From the human T2T-CHM13v2.0 reference genome, Homo sapiens, in the NCBI RefSeq assembly GCF_009914755.1, contig NC_060927.1: a stretch of 64,000 nucleotides of DNA, one strand, 5' to 3'. The notes under the pieces are model-generated. The model was not told where the DNA came from. It ran no database searches and worked only from the letters and a program-made list of their open reading frames with translations. Made by a program: the position numbers and the translations under genes. This document shows, piece after piece, positions 43,587 through 56,332 of the stretch; position 1 is the stretch's first letter; each line of letters begins with the position of its first letter.

Positions 43587-43902
43587 CAGTTGCCCCTCTA
43601 TATCCATTGGTATGAATCTGTGAATTCAATCAATTGGAGATAAAAAAAATTTGGCAAAATAAATAAATGAAAAATAAAAATACAATAAAATAATACAAAT
43701 AAAATACAGTATGATAACTATTTACATAGCATTTTCATTATATTATGTATTATAAGTAATCTAGATATTAAAGTATATAGAATAATGAGTGTGGGTTACA
43801 TGCAAATGATATGCTATTTTACATAAGAAATTGAGCAGTCATGGATTTTGATATCTATCTGGTTCCTAGAACCAATCCCCCACAGATACCAAGGGACAAT
43901 TG
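43587..43902 (-). mobile_element. MER2 (TcMar-Tigger) non-autonomous DNA transposon
   Basis: TIRs CAGTTGCCCCT / AGGGACAATTG; ACTATTTACATAGCATTT and GAACCAATCCCCCACAGATACC. Confidence 0.88.
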
Positions 43903-44764
43903 CATACATTATTTGTTAAAGGATTTTCATCTTTAACTGCTTAATTTTCATCAATATTAGATAGTAAAGGATCACATGTCACTGGAAATTAGGTTTTAAC
44001 CCTTAAAAGAACAAGAATGTGGACTGCGACTTAATTGTGCAATACAATTGACCTTCGTTCATTGTATCATCCAGGCATTGGTACTTGCAACGTAATTCTT
44101 ATGAAACCTATTTTTCAAAGTGTTAATAGCAGTAATCTCTTTAATGATTCAGTTATGGGTGATTTTATTTTCTTCCTTATCTTTATACTTTGTAACTTAT
44201 CTTCAAATATAAATGATTATATATTATTTTTGCAATAAAAACATACAATAAAATGAAATGGATAGCTGGGAAGCTGGTAGGTACTCTGGTGTAATTAATA
44301 TTAGAAAGAACTGCTCAATATTAATAATACTAAGATCAAAATATTTGTTCATGGCAAACATTTTTCATGCTCAATACATAATACTAAATAATCCTAAACA
44401 AGAACCCTATTTATTCAATTTTTATGTAAATGAATCAGATGTACCAATTGTCATTTCTTCCATTTATTCTCCAAATATTTATTGCATCCTTGCTGCATAC
44501 AAAGTATCGATCTAGACTCTCTTTTATTAGTTTCTGCTTTATTTTTCATAGTTTTTAAAATTCGCTATGCTCTAATAATCTTTTCTATGTTTTTAACAGT
44601 GTCATGATACACAAGAGTGTGAGTATCCATCCATCCGAGTAAAACAAAAATTAAAAATCACAGTAAAATACAAACTCTTGCATGTTATTGATCTATTTTT
44701 GTAATTAGAGCATATCAAAGCTAACATATATAATAATATTATTCTCAATAGTGTGTTGATGAAA

Positions 44765-44925
44765 ATCATGAATTTCAGAGTGAGAAGCATGAGTCTGAGT
44801 CTCAGCTGTGTCAGTAACTAGTTATGTGATCTTGGACGTGTTACTTACCTTTCTGTATGCCTCAGCTTTATCATACCTTAAAAAAGGCATAGGATTGTTA
44901 AGAGGATTAAAATAAATGAGAATGT
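44765..44925 (+). mobile_element. MIR
   Basis: ACTAGTTATGTGATCTTGGACGTGTTACTTACCTTTCTGTATGCCTCAG...TTGTTAAGAGGATTAAA. Confidence 0.75.
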
Positions 44926-45589
44926 AGCTCAGTAAGTGTAAAATAACGAATAGGATATGTAATATATACTAAGCACCATATAATAGAAACTATTTTATTA
45001 TTTTCACCCACTATGGGACTGAGTATTGCCTGAAATGTTAGCAATCTTGGTCATATAAATCATTTGGAAAATGACAAGAATTGTTATTTTCAGACATAGA
45101 AATCTAACTTAACTACTTGTGTAAATCTAAATCTATTGCAAATAATTCTAACTCACTTCTCTGTGCATGTGTCATATATAGAATCTCCAAACCTCATGGA
45201 TGTTAATTTTCAGCTTTATCCTCTGAATAGATGATAACTCATAAGGATACATTTCGAACTGATGAATGAAGCCAGGCTTGACAGGAGATATCATTATTTT
45301 TACAATGAAATTAATTACGTATATGAAAGCATGGTAAAAGCCACTGTTTTTTTTTTTTTTTTTTTTCAAAACAAATTGGCTGGCACAGTACCACTGATAA
45401 ATACTATGTATGGACAGAGGAACATGAACCTGCAAAACACGTTGCCTTTCATTCCTTATCATAAAATAAAACTATTTGGAAAATAGGAAAGAACAGTTTT
45501 ATTCTTACAGAAATTTTGAGACAGCTTCAAGGAAACTATTGTTAAGCTTTGTCCTTTATTTAGCTATCCATGAGCAACACAATTCAGTA

Positions 45590-46420
45590 TGTTCGTAACA
45601 GAAATCATTCTGCTATCCCAAATCCCACCCTCACCATGTGTAATCAACCACTTACCCAAGATAGAACTTTGGAAGTAATCCTTGATTCATCTTTCTTAAG
45701 CAACATTCCACCTGAATTTAGTCAATTACTCACAAATCCAAAAGGTTTACATTTCTCATGTTCATCCCTTCCATAACCTTTACTTAACCCATATCTCTCC
45801 AAGTTTAGACAAAGTCTTTTCCTCCTAATTTACTCTAAAAACCCTCCAGTTGATCTCCTTGACTCTAGTTTTGTCTTTTTCAAATCAATCCTTTATGCGT
45901 TTGCCACAAAAATTTATTTAAAATGTGCTTCTTTTATGTGAAACATTTCAACTATTTTCTGCTGCCTACAATACCCTGACCAATTTCATCAATGAAGAAA
46001 ATAAACCTTTCACCATTTGTCACAGGCTTTTTAAATCTCCTCAAACAGAAAACTCACTTATAGCCAATGTTGCCTTTCCTGAACCTGCTTTTCCTATGCC
46101 TTCAACCAACTACTCCTTCAACATCCAGCTTTATCCCCCAGCTCCCAACTTAATGGGGTACCAATTCTATCTCGTCCAAATATACCTGTGGAAAATCACT
46201 ATTGCTGCACTAATTAAACTGCATTATGATTATCTGTCTCTCTGTAAACCTAGGTGGTTAACTCTTGTAAAGGGAGTAATATAGGATTAGAGTAAGAACT
46301 TTGAGATTAAACAAGCCTTTGTCAAATTTTGGTCAGCAATTTACCACTACGTAATGTTAGGCATATATTTAATCTCTCTGTACATCAAATTCTATATTCA
46401 AAAAAATGAGTTCTTAAGAG
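45590..46420 (+). mobile_element. L2 fragment followed by MIR (~46270-46420)
   Basis: Pyrimidine-rich L2 3' motifs (GTAATCCTTGATTCATCTTT, GATCTCCTTGACTCTAG), then a MIR core. Confidence 0.5.
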
Positions 46421-46728
46421 ATACAAGTGAATGTAATATCTGTCATTAATTTTGAAATCTTTCAATATGTACATGATATTTAAATTTGATCAGAAATCCA
46501 CACCCACCACAGAATGGTAAATTAATATTTGAAATATTCTAGTCAAATGTTCACATCAGACCTGCAGCTACTCCAATGTTTTCAACCACCTTTGTCTGTG
46601 CTAAATATAAAAAGATTCATTATTTACCATTATAAATTATTTAAATGTTATTGAAATAATTTCTTTGCTTGTTTAATAAGATGTTCAGTATCTATATGCT
46701 AGAAAGATGTTCATTGCCTATACTTTAG

Positions 46729-49102
46729 TTTATTAGTCTGTTTTCATGCTGCTGATAAAGATATATCCAAGACTGGGCAATTTACAAAAAAAAAAAAAAA
46801 AAAAAAAAAGAGGTTTAATGGACTTTCATTTCTATGTGGCTGAGGAGAGCTCACAATCATAGCAGAAGGCCAGGAGGAGCAAGTCACATTTTACATGGAT
46901 GACAGCAGGTAAAGAGAGGACTTATGCAGGGAAACTCCCATGTTTAAAAGCATCAGATCTCATGAGACTCATTCACTATCATGAGAACAGCATGGAAAAG
47001 ACCCACCCCGTGATTCAATCATCTCCCACTAAGTCCCTACCAAAACATGTGGGAATTATGGGAGCTAAAAGATGAGATTTGGGTAGGGACACAGAGCCAA
47101 ATCATATCATTTAGCCCCTGGCCCCTCCCAAATCTCATGTCTTCACATTTGAAAACCAATCATGCCTTCCCAATGGTCCCCCTAAGTCTCAAATCAATTC
47201 AGCATTAACTCAACAGTCCACAGTCCAAAGTCTCATCTGACACAAGGCAAGTCATTTCTGCCTATGAGCCTGTAAAATAAAAAGCAAGTTAGCTCCTTGC
47301 TAGATACAGTGGGACTACAGACATTGGGTAAATTCAACCATTCCAAATTATAGAAATTGACCAAAACAAAGGGACTACAGGGCCCCTGAAAGTCCAGCAG
47401 GGCAGTCAAACTTTACAGCTCCAAAATGCTTTGACTCCATGCAAAGGAGACAAATCCTTTGACTCCATGTCTCACATCTGGGTCATGCTGATGTAAAAGG
47501 TGGGTTCCCACGGTCTTGGGAAGCCCTACCCTTATGGTTTTGCAGAGTATAGTCTCCCTTTCAGCTGCCTTCATGGACTGGTGTTGAGTGTCTGTAGCAT
47601 TTCTGTGTGCATGGTGCAAGCTATCAGTGGATCTACCATTCTGGGGTCTGGAGTACAGTGCCCCTCTTCTCACAGTTCCACTAGGCAGTGTCCCAGTAGG
47701 GACTCTGTGTGGGGGCTCCCACTCCACATTTCACTTCTGCACTGCCCTAGCAGAGGTTCTTCAAGAGGACCCTACCCCTACAGCAAACTTCTGCCTGAGC
47801 ATCCAGGCATTTTCATACATTTTCTGAAATCTAGGCAGAGGTTCCCAAACCTTAATTCTTGACTTCTGTGCACTTATAGGGTCAACACCACATGGAGGCT
47901 GCCAAGGTTTGAGGCTTGCACTCTCTGCGGCCACAGCCCAAGCTCTATGTTGGCACCTTTCAGCCAGGGTTAGAGTGGCTGGGATGCACGGCACCAAATC
48001 CCTAGGCTGCATACAGCATGGGGACCCTGGGCCTAGCCCAGGAAACCACTTTTTCCTCCTAGGCCTCCAGGCCTGTGATGGGAGGGGCTGTCATGAGGAC
48101 CTCTGACATGCCCTGGCCACATTTTCCCCATTGTCTTGGGGATTAACATCTGACTCCTCCTTACTTATTCAAATTTCTGCAGCCTGATTGAATTTCTCCT
48201 CAGAAAATGGGATTTTATTTTCTATCACATTGTCAGGCTGCAAATTTTTTGAACTTTTGTGCTCTGTTTTCCTTTTAAAACTTAATGCCTTTAACAGCAC
48301 CTGAGTCACCTCTTGAATGCTTTGCTGCTTACAAACTTCTTCTGCCAGATACCCTAAATCATCTCTCTCAAGTTCAAAGTTCCACAAATCTCTAGGGCAG
48401 GGACAAATGCCACCAGTCTCTTTGCTAAAACATAACAAGTCACCTTTGCTCCAGTTCCCAGCAAGTTCTTCATCTCCATCTGATACCACCTCAGCCTAGA
48501 TTTCATTGTCCATACCATTATTGGCATTTTGGTCAAAGCCATTCAACAAATCTCTAGGGAGTTCCAAACTGTCCCATATTTTCCTGTCTTCTTCTGAGTC
48601 CTCCAAACTGTTCCAACATCTGCCTGTTACCCAGTTCCAAAGTTGCCTCTACATTTTTGGGTATCTTTTCAGCAAGGTCCTACTCTACTGGTACTAATTT
48701 ACTGTATCAGTCCATTTTCACACTGCTGATAAAGATATTCCCAAGACTGGGCAATTTACAAAGAAAGAGGTTTAATGGATTTACATTTCAATGTGGCTGG
48801 GGAAGCCTTGCAATCATGGCAGAAGGCAAGGAGGAGCAAGTCATATCTTATATGGATGTCAGCAGGCAAAGAGAGGACTTGTGCAGAGAAACTCCCGCTT
48901 TTAAAACCATCTGATCTCATGAGATCTGTTCACTACCACGTGAACGGATCTCATGAGATCCATTCACTATCACATGAACAGCATGGGAAAGACCCACCCC
49001 CTGTGATTCAATCATCTCCCACCGAGTACCTCCCACAACATGTGGGAATTATGGGAGCTACAAGATAAGATTTGGGTGGGGACAGAGAGCCAAACTATAT
49101 CA
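46729..49102 (-). mobile_element. Full-length THE1 (THE1A/B) MaLR provirus: 3'LTR 46729-47109, internal 47110-48702, 5'LTR 48703-49102
   Basis: Two direct LTRs ending CCAAA..ATATCA on +; polypurine tract (reverse complement of CCCCTGGCCCCTCCC) at ~47115; ~1.6-kb THE1-int; TSD TTTAG/GTTAG. Confidence 0.95.
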
Positions 49103-49725
49103 GTTAGCAAGAATTTTTTTTAAGGAATTCTACTTTGTATGTATCAGACAAAAGAACCCAGTGAAACCAGTAACTTATACACTTTAGAAATGCATCCCAA
49201 ACTTAGGAGTCCAATCATACCTATAATCAAACCTGACAGGAGAGCTTGTTGATATTTCTGCTAGAATATTGTTTCATGTACCAGGAGAAGCATTTTGTGC
49301 ACAGTGCTGATGAGAGCACATCAAGGACAGAAAACTAGTTCTTCCTAGAGCTTAGAGAACATGAGGAAGATTATCACTGAGCTTGCTTGCCAAAAAGATT
49401 TTATGTGGACAAACTCTTGTCTGAGACTTGCATTCAATTGAAACATGCTTAGTAGCAATGTCATGGATAAAGATATATTAAACCTTGCCCATCACTAAGG
49501 CTACTGATCTCTACCAAAGAAATTATATCATAGTGAGTGAAAATATTTCTTAAATAAATGTACATAAATGAAATAACTTTGATTATTCAAAACTATAGAC
49601 CTTAGTATGTGCAGGCATATCTTGGAGATACGGATTTGATTCCAGACCATCACAATACAAGGAATATCCCAACAAGGTGAGTTAAAAGAATCTTTTGGTT
49701 TCTCACTGCATATAAGAGTTATGTT

Positions 49726-50017
49726 AGCCAGGTGCAGTGGGTCATACCTGTAATCCCAGCAACTTAGGAGGCGGAAGCAGGAGAATTGCTTGAGCCCAGG
49801 GGTTTCAGACCAGCCTGGGCAACATGGGAAAATCCCATCTCTACAAAAAATACAAAAAAAATTAGCTGGGTGTTGTGGCTCATGCCTATATTCCCAGCTA
49901 CTTGGGAGGCTGAGGTGGAAGGATTGCTTGAGCCCACAAGTCAAGGCTGCAGTGAATCATAATCAAGGCACTATACTCCAGCCTAGACAACAGAGCAAGA
50001 TCTTGTCTCAAAAAAAA
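49726..50017 (+). mobile_element. AluJ nested in Tigger1
   Basis: J-type GCTTGAGCCCAGG and GTCAAGGCTGCAG; perfect TSD AAGAGTTATGTT (49714-49725 / 50018-50029). Confidence 0.93.
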
Positions 50018-50860
50018 AAGAGTTATGTTTAAAGTATACTATAGTCTATTAAGTGTGCAATAGAATTATGTCTAAAAATGCATTACATACCTTAATTTAA
50101 AAATACTTTATTGCTAAAAAATGCTAATAATCAACTGAGCCTTCAGCAAGTCCTAATCTTTTTGCTGATGGAAGGTCTTACATCTATGTTGATGACTGCT
50201 GACTATTCAGGGTGATGTTGCTGAAAGTTGAAGTGGCTGTGGACATTTCTTAAACTAAGACAATTCAGTTTTCCAAATTGACTCTTCCTTTCACAAAAGA
50301 TCTCTCTGTAGCATGTGATGTGCTTCTTGACAGCATTTTATTCACAGTATAACTTCCTTCAAAATTAGAGTCAATCTTCTCAAGCTGTGCCACAGTTATA
50401 AACTAAGTTTATGTATCAACTAAATACTTTGTTATCATTTTGAGTATGTTTACAGCATCTTCACCAGAAGCAGGTTTCATCTCTGAAGCCATTTCCTTTG
50501 CTCATCCATAGGAAGAAACTTGTCATTGGTTCAAATGTTACCGTGATATTGCAGCAATTCAGTTACATCTTCAGGCTCCAATTCTAATTCTTCCTATCTT
50601 GCTCTTTCTACCACTTCTGTAGCTCCTTCTTCCGTTGAAGACTTGAAGCACTTAAAGTCATCCAGGAGGGTTAGAATCTACTTCTTACAAACTCCTATTC
50701 ATGTTGCTATTTGACCTCCTATAACTCAGAAATTTTCTTAATGGCATCTAGAATGGTGAAACCCTTCCAAAGGTTTTCAATTTACTTTACTCCTATCTAT
50801 CAGAGGAATCACTATCTACGGCAGCTACATCTGTACAAAATGTATTTCTTAAATATAAAA

Positions 50861-50913
50861 CCCGCCTCGGCCTCCCAAAATGCTGGGATTTGTGTGAGCC
50901 ACCACGCCCAGCC
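50861..50913 (-). mobile_element. 53-bp Alu 5' fragment at the Tigger1 deletion junction
   Basis: CCCGCCTCGGCCTCCCAAAATGCTGGGATT...GAGCCACCACGCCCAGCC. Confidence 0.9.
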
Positions 50914-51466
50914 TATCATTTCCAGTTTTTAATTTAACCTAAGAGACAAGAAACTCTTTCATTTGAACATTTAGAGTCCATTGTAAGGCAATGAATTAGT
51001 GTAATTTCAATATTGTATGTCTTAAGGAACAGGAATGTTTGAGGAGGAGAGAGATAGAAGAATGGCTAGTTAGTATTGCAGTCAGGACACATACAGTATT
51101 TACCCATTAAGTTTGGTGTTTTTTGTGGGTACAGTTATGGTGCCCCAACCAATTACCATAATAACAGCAAAGATTCCTGATCAAAAGTAATCACCATTAG
51201 TGATAAGACAATAATAAAAGAGTTTGAAATATTGTGAGAATTATCAAAATGTGACACAGAAACACAAAGTAAATGCCTGCTGTTGGAAAAACAATACCAG
51301 TATATTTGCCCACTTGCCATCCACCTTTAATTTGTAAAATCTGCAATATGCAGTATCTATAAAGTACAGTAAAGTGAAATGCAATAAAACAAAATATGCC
51401 TGCAGTATTTACAATTTTTAAATATATAACTATGTGTTTACTTTATCTTTATATCCCTGTTGCCTA

Positions 51467-51676
51467 CAGTTTTTCAGCCTTGGTACTACTTACATTTTGG
51501 GCCAGATAATTCTTTGTTTGGAGGCTGTACAGTGCATTGTAACATGTTTAACAATATCCATGACTTCTACTCAATTAGTATCAGTAGCGCTTCCTAGTTA
51601 TGACAACCCAAAATGTCTCTAAAGACAACCATATATTCATTAGAGGGACAAAATCACCTTGAGGTGAGATCTATTG
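51467..51676 (-). mobile_element. MER20 (hAT-Charlie)
   Basis: ACATTTTGGGCCAGATAATTCTTTGTT ... GACAACCCAAAATGTCTC ... CAAAATCACC. Confidence 0.8.
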
Positions 51677-53359
51677 CTTGCACATAACACAGTGCCTGGT
51701 ATATTCTACAGGTTCAATTTTTTAAAATTAGAAGTTTTATATTTCAATGATTGTTTAGTTCACATGAAGCTAAATTCTTTCAATCCTCAAGGATCCAGAA
51801 TCCAAAAGTAAAAATTCATTAGAAACTTTTTACTTTTTATGCAACTTTTATCATGACAACAAAATTTTATTGTCAAAATTTTTTTATTATGATCATTCTA
51901 GATTAATAATTAGTAAACTCCAGAGGTAGGTGAGTGTATTTTTCAGAAGGAAATGGAGACAAGGCACAAATTTTCTTATTTTCTCTTCCTCTGTATGAAT
52001 AAAAATTATTTCTGAACTTTTAACTCAAGGAGACTGAAAGAATTGCTAAAAATGCTTATTAAATGGGATAAGAAAAGATTTTTATGTAAGAATTGTATCC
52101 TGTAATTGATAGTGTCTTTTTTTTACTAAAACAATATGTAAAATAATTACTTACACTTGAAATCATCTAATTTTACTTTTCTGTTGAAAAAGCCCACGCT
52201 CGTTCACTCACCAATTTACATATGCCAGGTTGGTAAAATCAGGTACACAGTAAATCCTCATCACACCTCCAAGGTAAGAGATTAATATGTAACTCTTGTG
52301 CCATATATAGTCAAAAGAAAAAGAAATGCATAAATAATATCTTTTGTGGGCTTAGAATTTAAAGCCTAACTTAAAAGCGGTTACTCTATTTATTACATAT
52401 TTTGATGTTGAATCTATGACTACTCTTATGAAAAGAGTGTGGTAACATGATACTACGTTACTCCTGAGATCAGGTCATTTCTAATTAGAGTTTAGAAACT
52501 TTTGGAACCTCATAAGATTAATTTCAAGTAATATCAACATAAAGATACTCATCACACTATATTTCACACATTGATAATGCAATCTTTAATTCTTGGAATT
52601 TTTATATAATCAAAATCTTATAAAGAGAATAGTTTTGAGTACAACAATTTTATTTATGTGTCATAAAATACAGCTCTCCCAAAAGGAAAAAAAAAACATG
52701 AATAAATTAACTCCAAAATTATCCAGTTTTGGTATTACCAATAATTTTTATTTTCTCCCATATACTAGCTCTACAGTTTTTAAGTAATATGTGCTTTAAG
52801 AAATGTAACTTTTTAAATATTTGGCTCTTGGCATATCTGTTATTTCCTTCTATATATATAAAGTGTCACAAGCCTTTATGTATTTGAAAAACATTTCTTG
52901 AATCTCTATTTTGTGGCAAACATTGCACTAATTATGAAAGTTGTTGAGCCAGAGTATTAGAAATTATATTTGGTCACGAATCATAAAATGGAAATTTTAG
53001 CCCATAAATTAACATTGTTAACTACTCTTTATTATATTGGTTTTAGTACCTTTGTGTGAAAACTGTGATTTTAACTCAATGTATTATGTTCATTACATTA
53101 TTTCAATTCTTATAACAATCCTGTAAGAAATTTATGACCTCTATTTTGAAATAAGAAACTTGGGAAAACAACTTCCCTGAACTTTTTTTTTTTTTTTTTT
53201 TCACCTAGTAATAATGAAAGTAGCTACTTCCAGGGTAGTCATGGAAATCATGTCCAGTCATGGGCAAGAGTGGCCCATACAAACCTCAGGTGATATTATT
53301 ATGATTAGTGACATTGAATAGACATTTTAAGCGCAATAATCCTTTGACAGTTCTACTTC

Positions 53360-54070
53360 ACTTCACCACTTGGATGGCTAATAGACAATTCAGAGGTAAT
53401 ATATACAAAAACAAATTGTAGAGTTCTGTTCTAATCTTGTCACTTAAATAAATATGCTCCTTTCCAAGTCTTCCCACAACTCAGTGGTAGACATTATTAC
53501 AGTTTCTCAGGCCAAAAAAGAGAAATAAAGTATTTTTAAAAAAGAAACACACATGACAAAACAGAAAACAAAAATCTCCTGGAAACTTTGATCTTATAAT
53601 CCACATCTATCTATCAGCAAATTCTTCCTTCCTTCTATACGTTCTTACATATATACAGATTTTAACCTCTAATGTTACCACCTTATTTTATCAGCTTTGA
53701 TTATTGCAGTAGCTGCCTATCTATTCTTCTGCTTGAACCCTTACTTTATTTAAATATTTTCTTACATAGATGTCAGATGTCACTTATCTGCCCTTGAACA
53801 AGTGCCTAGCCACTAAAGTCAGAGTAAAGCCAAAGCCTTTAAAATAGTTTCCACTGACCAGTAGAAGTTACACAACCTCTTTTTCTTTGTTACCTCATCT
53901 GTCAACCTCTGTTTTCATTAACTGCGCAAGCAAACATCTCCCCAAATCTCATCTTTGTTCTTGAACATTTGGTCTAATTACTCTCTCACCCAGAAACCCA
54001 ATTGTCTCATTTTCTGCAAGTCACTGTGCAATGTCATCTTACGAGAGAAACTTCCCCTGCCACTACTTGC
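53360..54070 (+). mobile_element. L2 fragment
   Basis: CCACTTGGATGGCTAATAGACA, TCAGGCCAAAA, GATTATTGCAGTAGCTGCCTA, CAGAGTAAAGCCAAAG. Confidence 0.6.
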
Positions 54071-55819
54071 CACAGCAGGCATGTGATTATAGAACAGGTC
54101 ATTTCTAGGTAACTGGGTCACTTAACTTAAAATCACTACCTGAAAATGACCTGTGTGTTGTTTTATATCACAATTTCCAATAGGCAAGTCTAGAAGAAAG
54201 ATTTGGCAGAGTGATTTGGATGAGAAGCTACTCTTTAAATATAAGTAGTCTCTGGGGATTTCCATGACATGAATTCTTATAAATGAGAACAACAATTTTA
54301 AAAAAATTGCAGAAGTAGTGGCTAAGCTCAAAATAAGTAAAATTAGAGAATTCAAAAGTAACATATTATCAAAAAAGTAAATCATGTCAACTAGTTTGTA
54401 AACTTGCAAAATCTTTAGAAAGTGTTTTAGAGTTAGAAAATGTCATATTCAAATGCTATTATAACTATAAATAAATAATTTTATTCTTACTATGTTGTTA
54501 TATCTGCTTCTTTGTTTTCACTGACAATCACAATTTAGACAGTCTTTTTTATTAGTGATAAACTTGCTCTACTTACTCACCATTGTACAGGGAGCATTCA
54601 TACTATTAAAAGACAGACACGATTAAAAAAAGGAACAGTTTCATCTCTAATAAGTTATATTTTTCAGACATAATTATGTACTGTTAATAACTATTTTTAC
54701 CTCTTCTCAATCTTCCATTTTCACTTTGTCTTTATGTTACTTGTTTCTCTAGGAGCATTTATCAAGAGATTTAAGTGACAAAACCCTTTCATAGAGAATA
54801 ATGTGGACAAACTTTCATACTTTACATAAAAGTGCTTGGTAAGGAAGTAATAAAATATTTCATTTTTCAAAAAAACATTAAGTCTATCAGAAAAAGGAAT
54901 AGCTTGTATCTTTTCTACATTTGATTTCTGAAGGATGAAAATAAAGGTCAAGTCCATATTTGAAACTAGAGAAATGTCAAATTAAAATTGTGTATAAAAC
55001 TTCTATGTTACTTTCTTTGATCATTACTAATGCTGAATTGATGGTCAGTCACTTTAAGAGAACACTGGGCGTCAGAAGCTGCTGGTCCTCTGAAGTTTTT
55101 GATATGTTGATGAGAGACTTTGTATCTTTTGTTATTGGGATCTATAATATAAAAAAATATATAATTATTTTTGATAGACATTTTCTATTTTCCAATGGAC
55201 ACGTTTATTAATTAAATATAAATATATGTCACATAATTAATGTACACAATTAGTAAACTGAAGTAATCTTCTGGAAGAAAATACATTATTAAAAGTATAA
55301 GAAACATTGTAAAATTTAAGGTTTTTAGTCTGACAGAGACAATGAGTATTTTCTTATTCTCAGGTCAATCTGAAGAGTATACAAAAATCTAAATTACTTT
55401 TTTGATTAATATAATCCTAAGTCTATACGTTCATATAACCAGAACATTTGAAATAATTTAAATAAATTTTAGTATAAAATAAACGTAGCTTGAAATTATG
55501 TTGTTTTTCATGGTCTTACAAATTATAATTCTTTCTCTTCAGAATGCATTTACTTTTAAAATTGATGGAGTTTTGTGGTTACTGACAACATTCCCATTGT
55601 CTAACATGGGTGAATAAGTATTTACCAATATTTAAATATAATAACTCAAACTGCTTTTCAATCTCACTCATCATAATTATTTTCAATTTAATTTCTTTTC
55701 TGCAAACACTAGACTTAAAACCAGTTTCTAGGCATCATATAGTTTGACATTTTGGAAGCATTCTTTGTTAATTTTCACTTGCAAAATGTAGAGGACAAAA
55801 AGATTCATATAATGGGTTG

Positions 55820-55867
55820 GTGTGTGTGCGTATATATATATATATATATATATATACGCACACACAC
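55820..55867. repeat. Compound (GT)n-GCG-(TA)13-CGC-(AC)n perfect 48-bp palindrome
   Basis: Directly visible; the sequence equals its own reverse complement. Confidence 0.95.
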
Positions 55868-56332
55868 ATATACATATATATATTTAATAAGTTGTTATAC
55901 ATATCCCTGTTCCAAATAAAGTCAATCTCAGAATGCCAGGAGTCTTAATTTGTTAATGAACTTTTTTAGTAATTTTATACTAAATATTTAAAAATTTATG
56001 TTATTTCTATTTTTTATGCTCACTGTCTAGAAAGCATAAGGTGGATACCAATGGGGGTTAGTAGAAATATCTGGACCTAGAAAGACAAGTAAAATGTATA
56101 GAATTGATACAAAATTAATATATTGTGACATTTATGCAAATATAATTATACTCTATCTGCTAAATAATTGGTGATATATATTTGTGGTAAAAATAGCAGA
56201 AAACTAGGAATAAAATATAGATATTCATTGTTGCTAATTCTTGCTGCTAATTCTGTATAATGGATACATCATCTTCTGAAACTAATTTCTTAGCTTAAAA
56301 TTAGCTTGACTTGACAAAATCAATGGCTCTCC

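Larger units (their letters stand above)
49612..51402 (-). mobile_element. Tigger1 DNA transposon, internally deleted
   Basis: Both TIRs (CAGGCATAT... / ...ATATGCCTG) and Tigger1 subterminal and transposase-remnant sequence. Confidence 0.9.

Noticed and set aside
47413-49068. Cluster of 60-120 aa ORFs
   Set aside because: All fall within THE1 internal/LTR sequence; they are fragmented remnants or chance frames.
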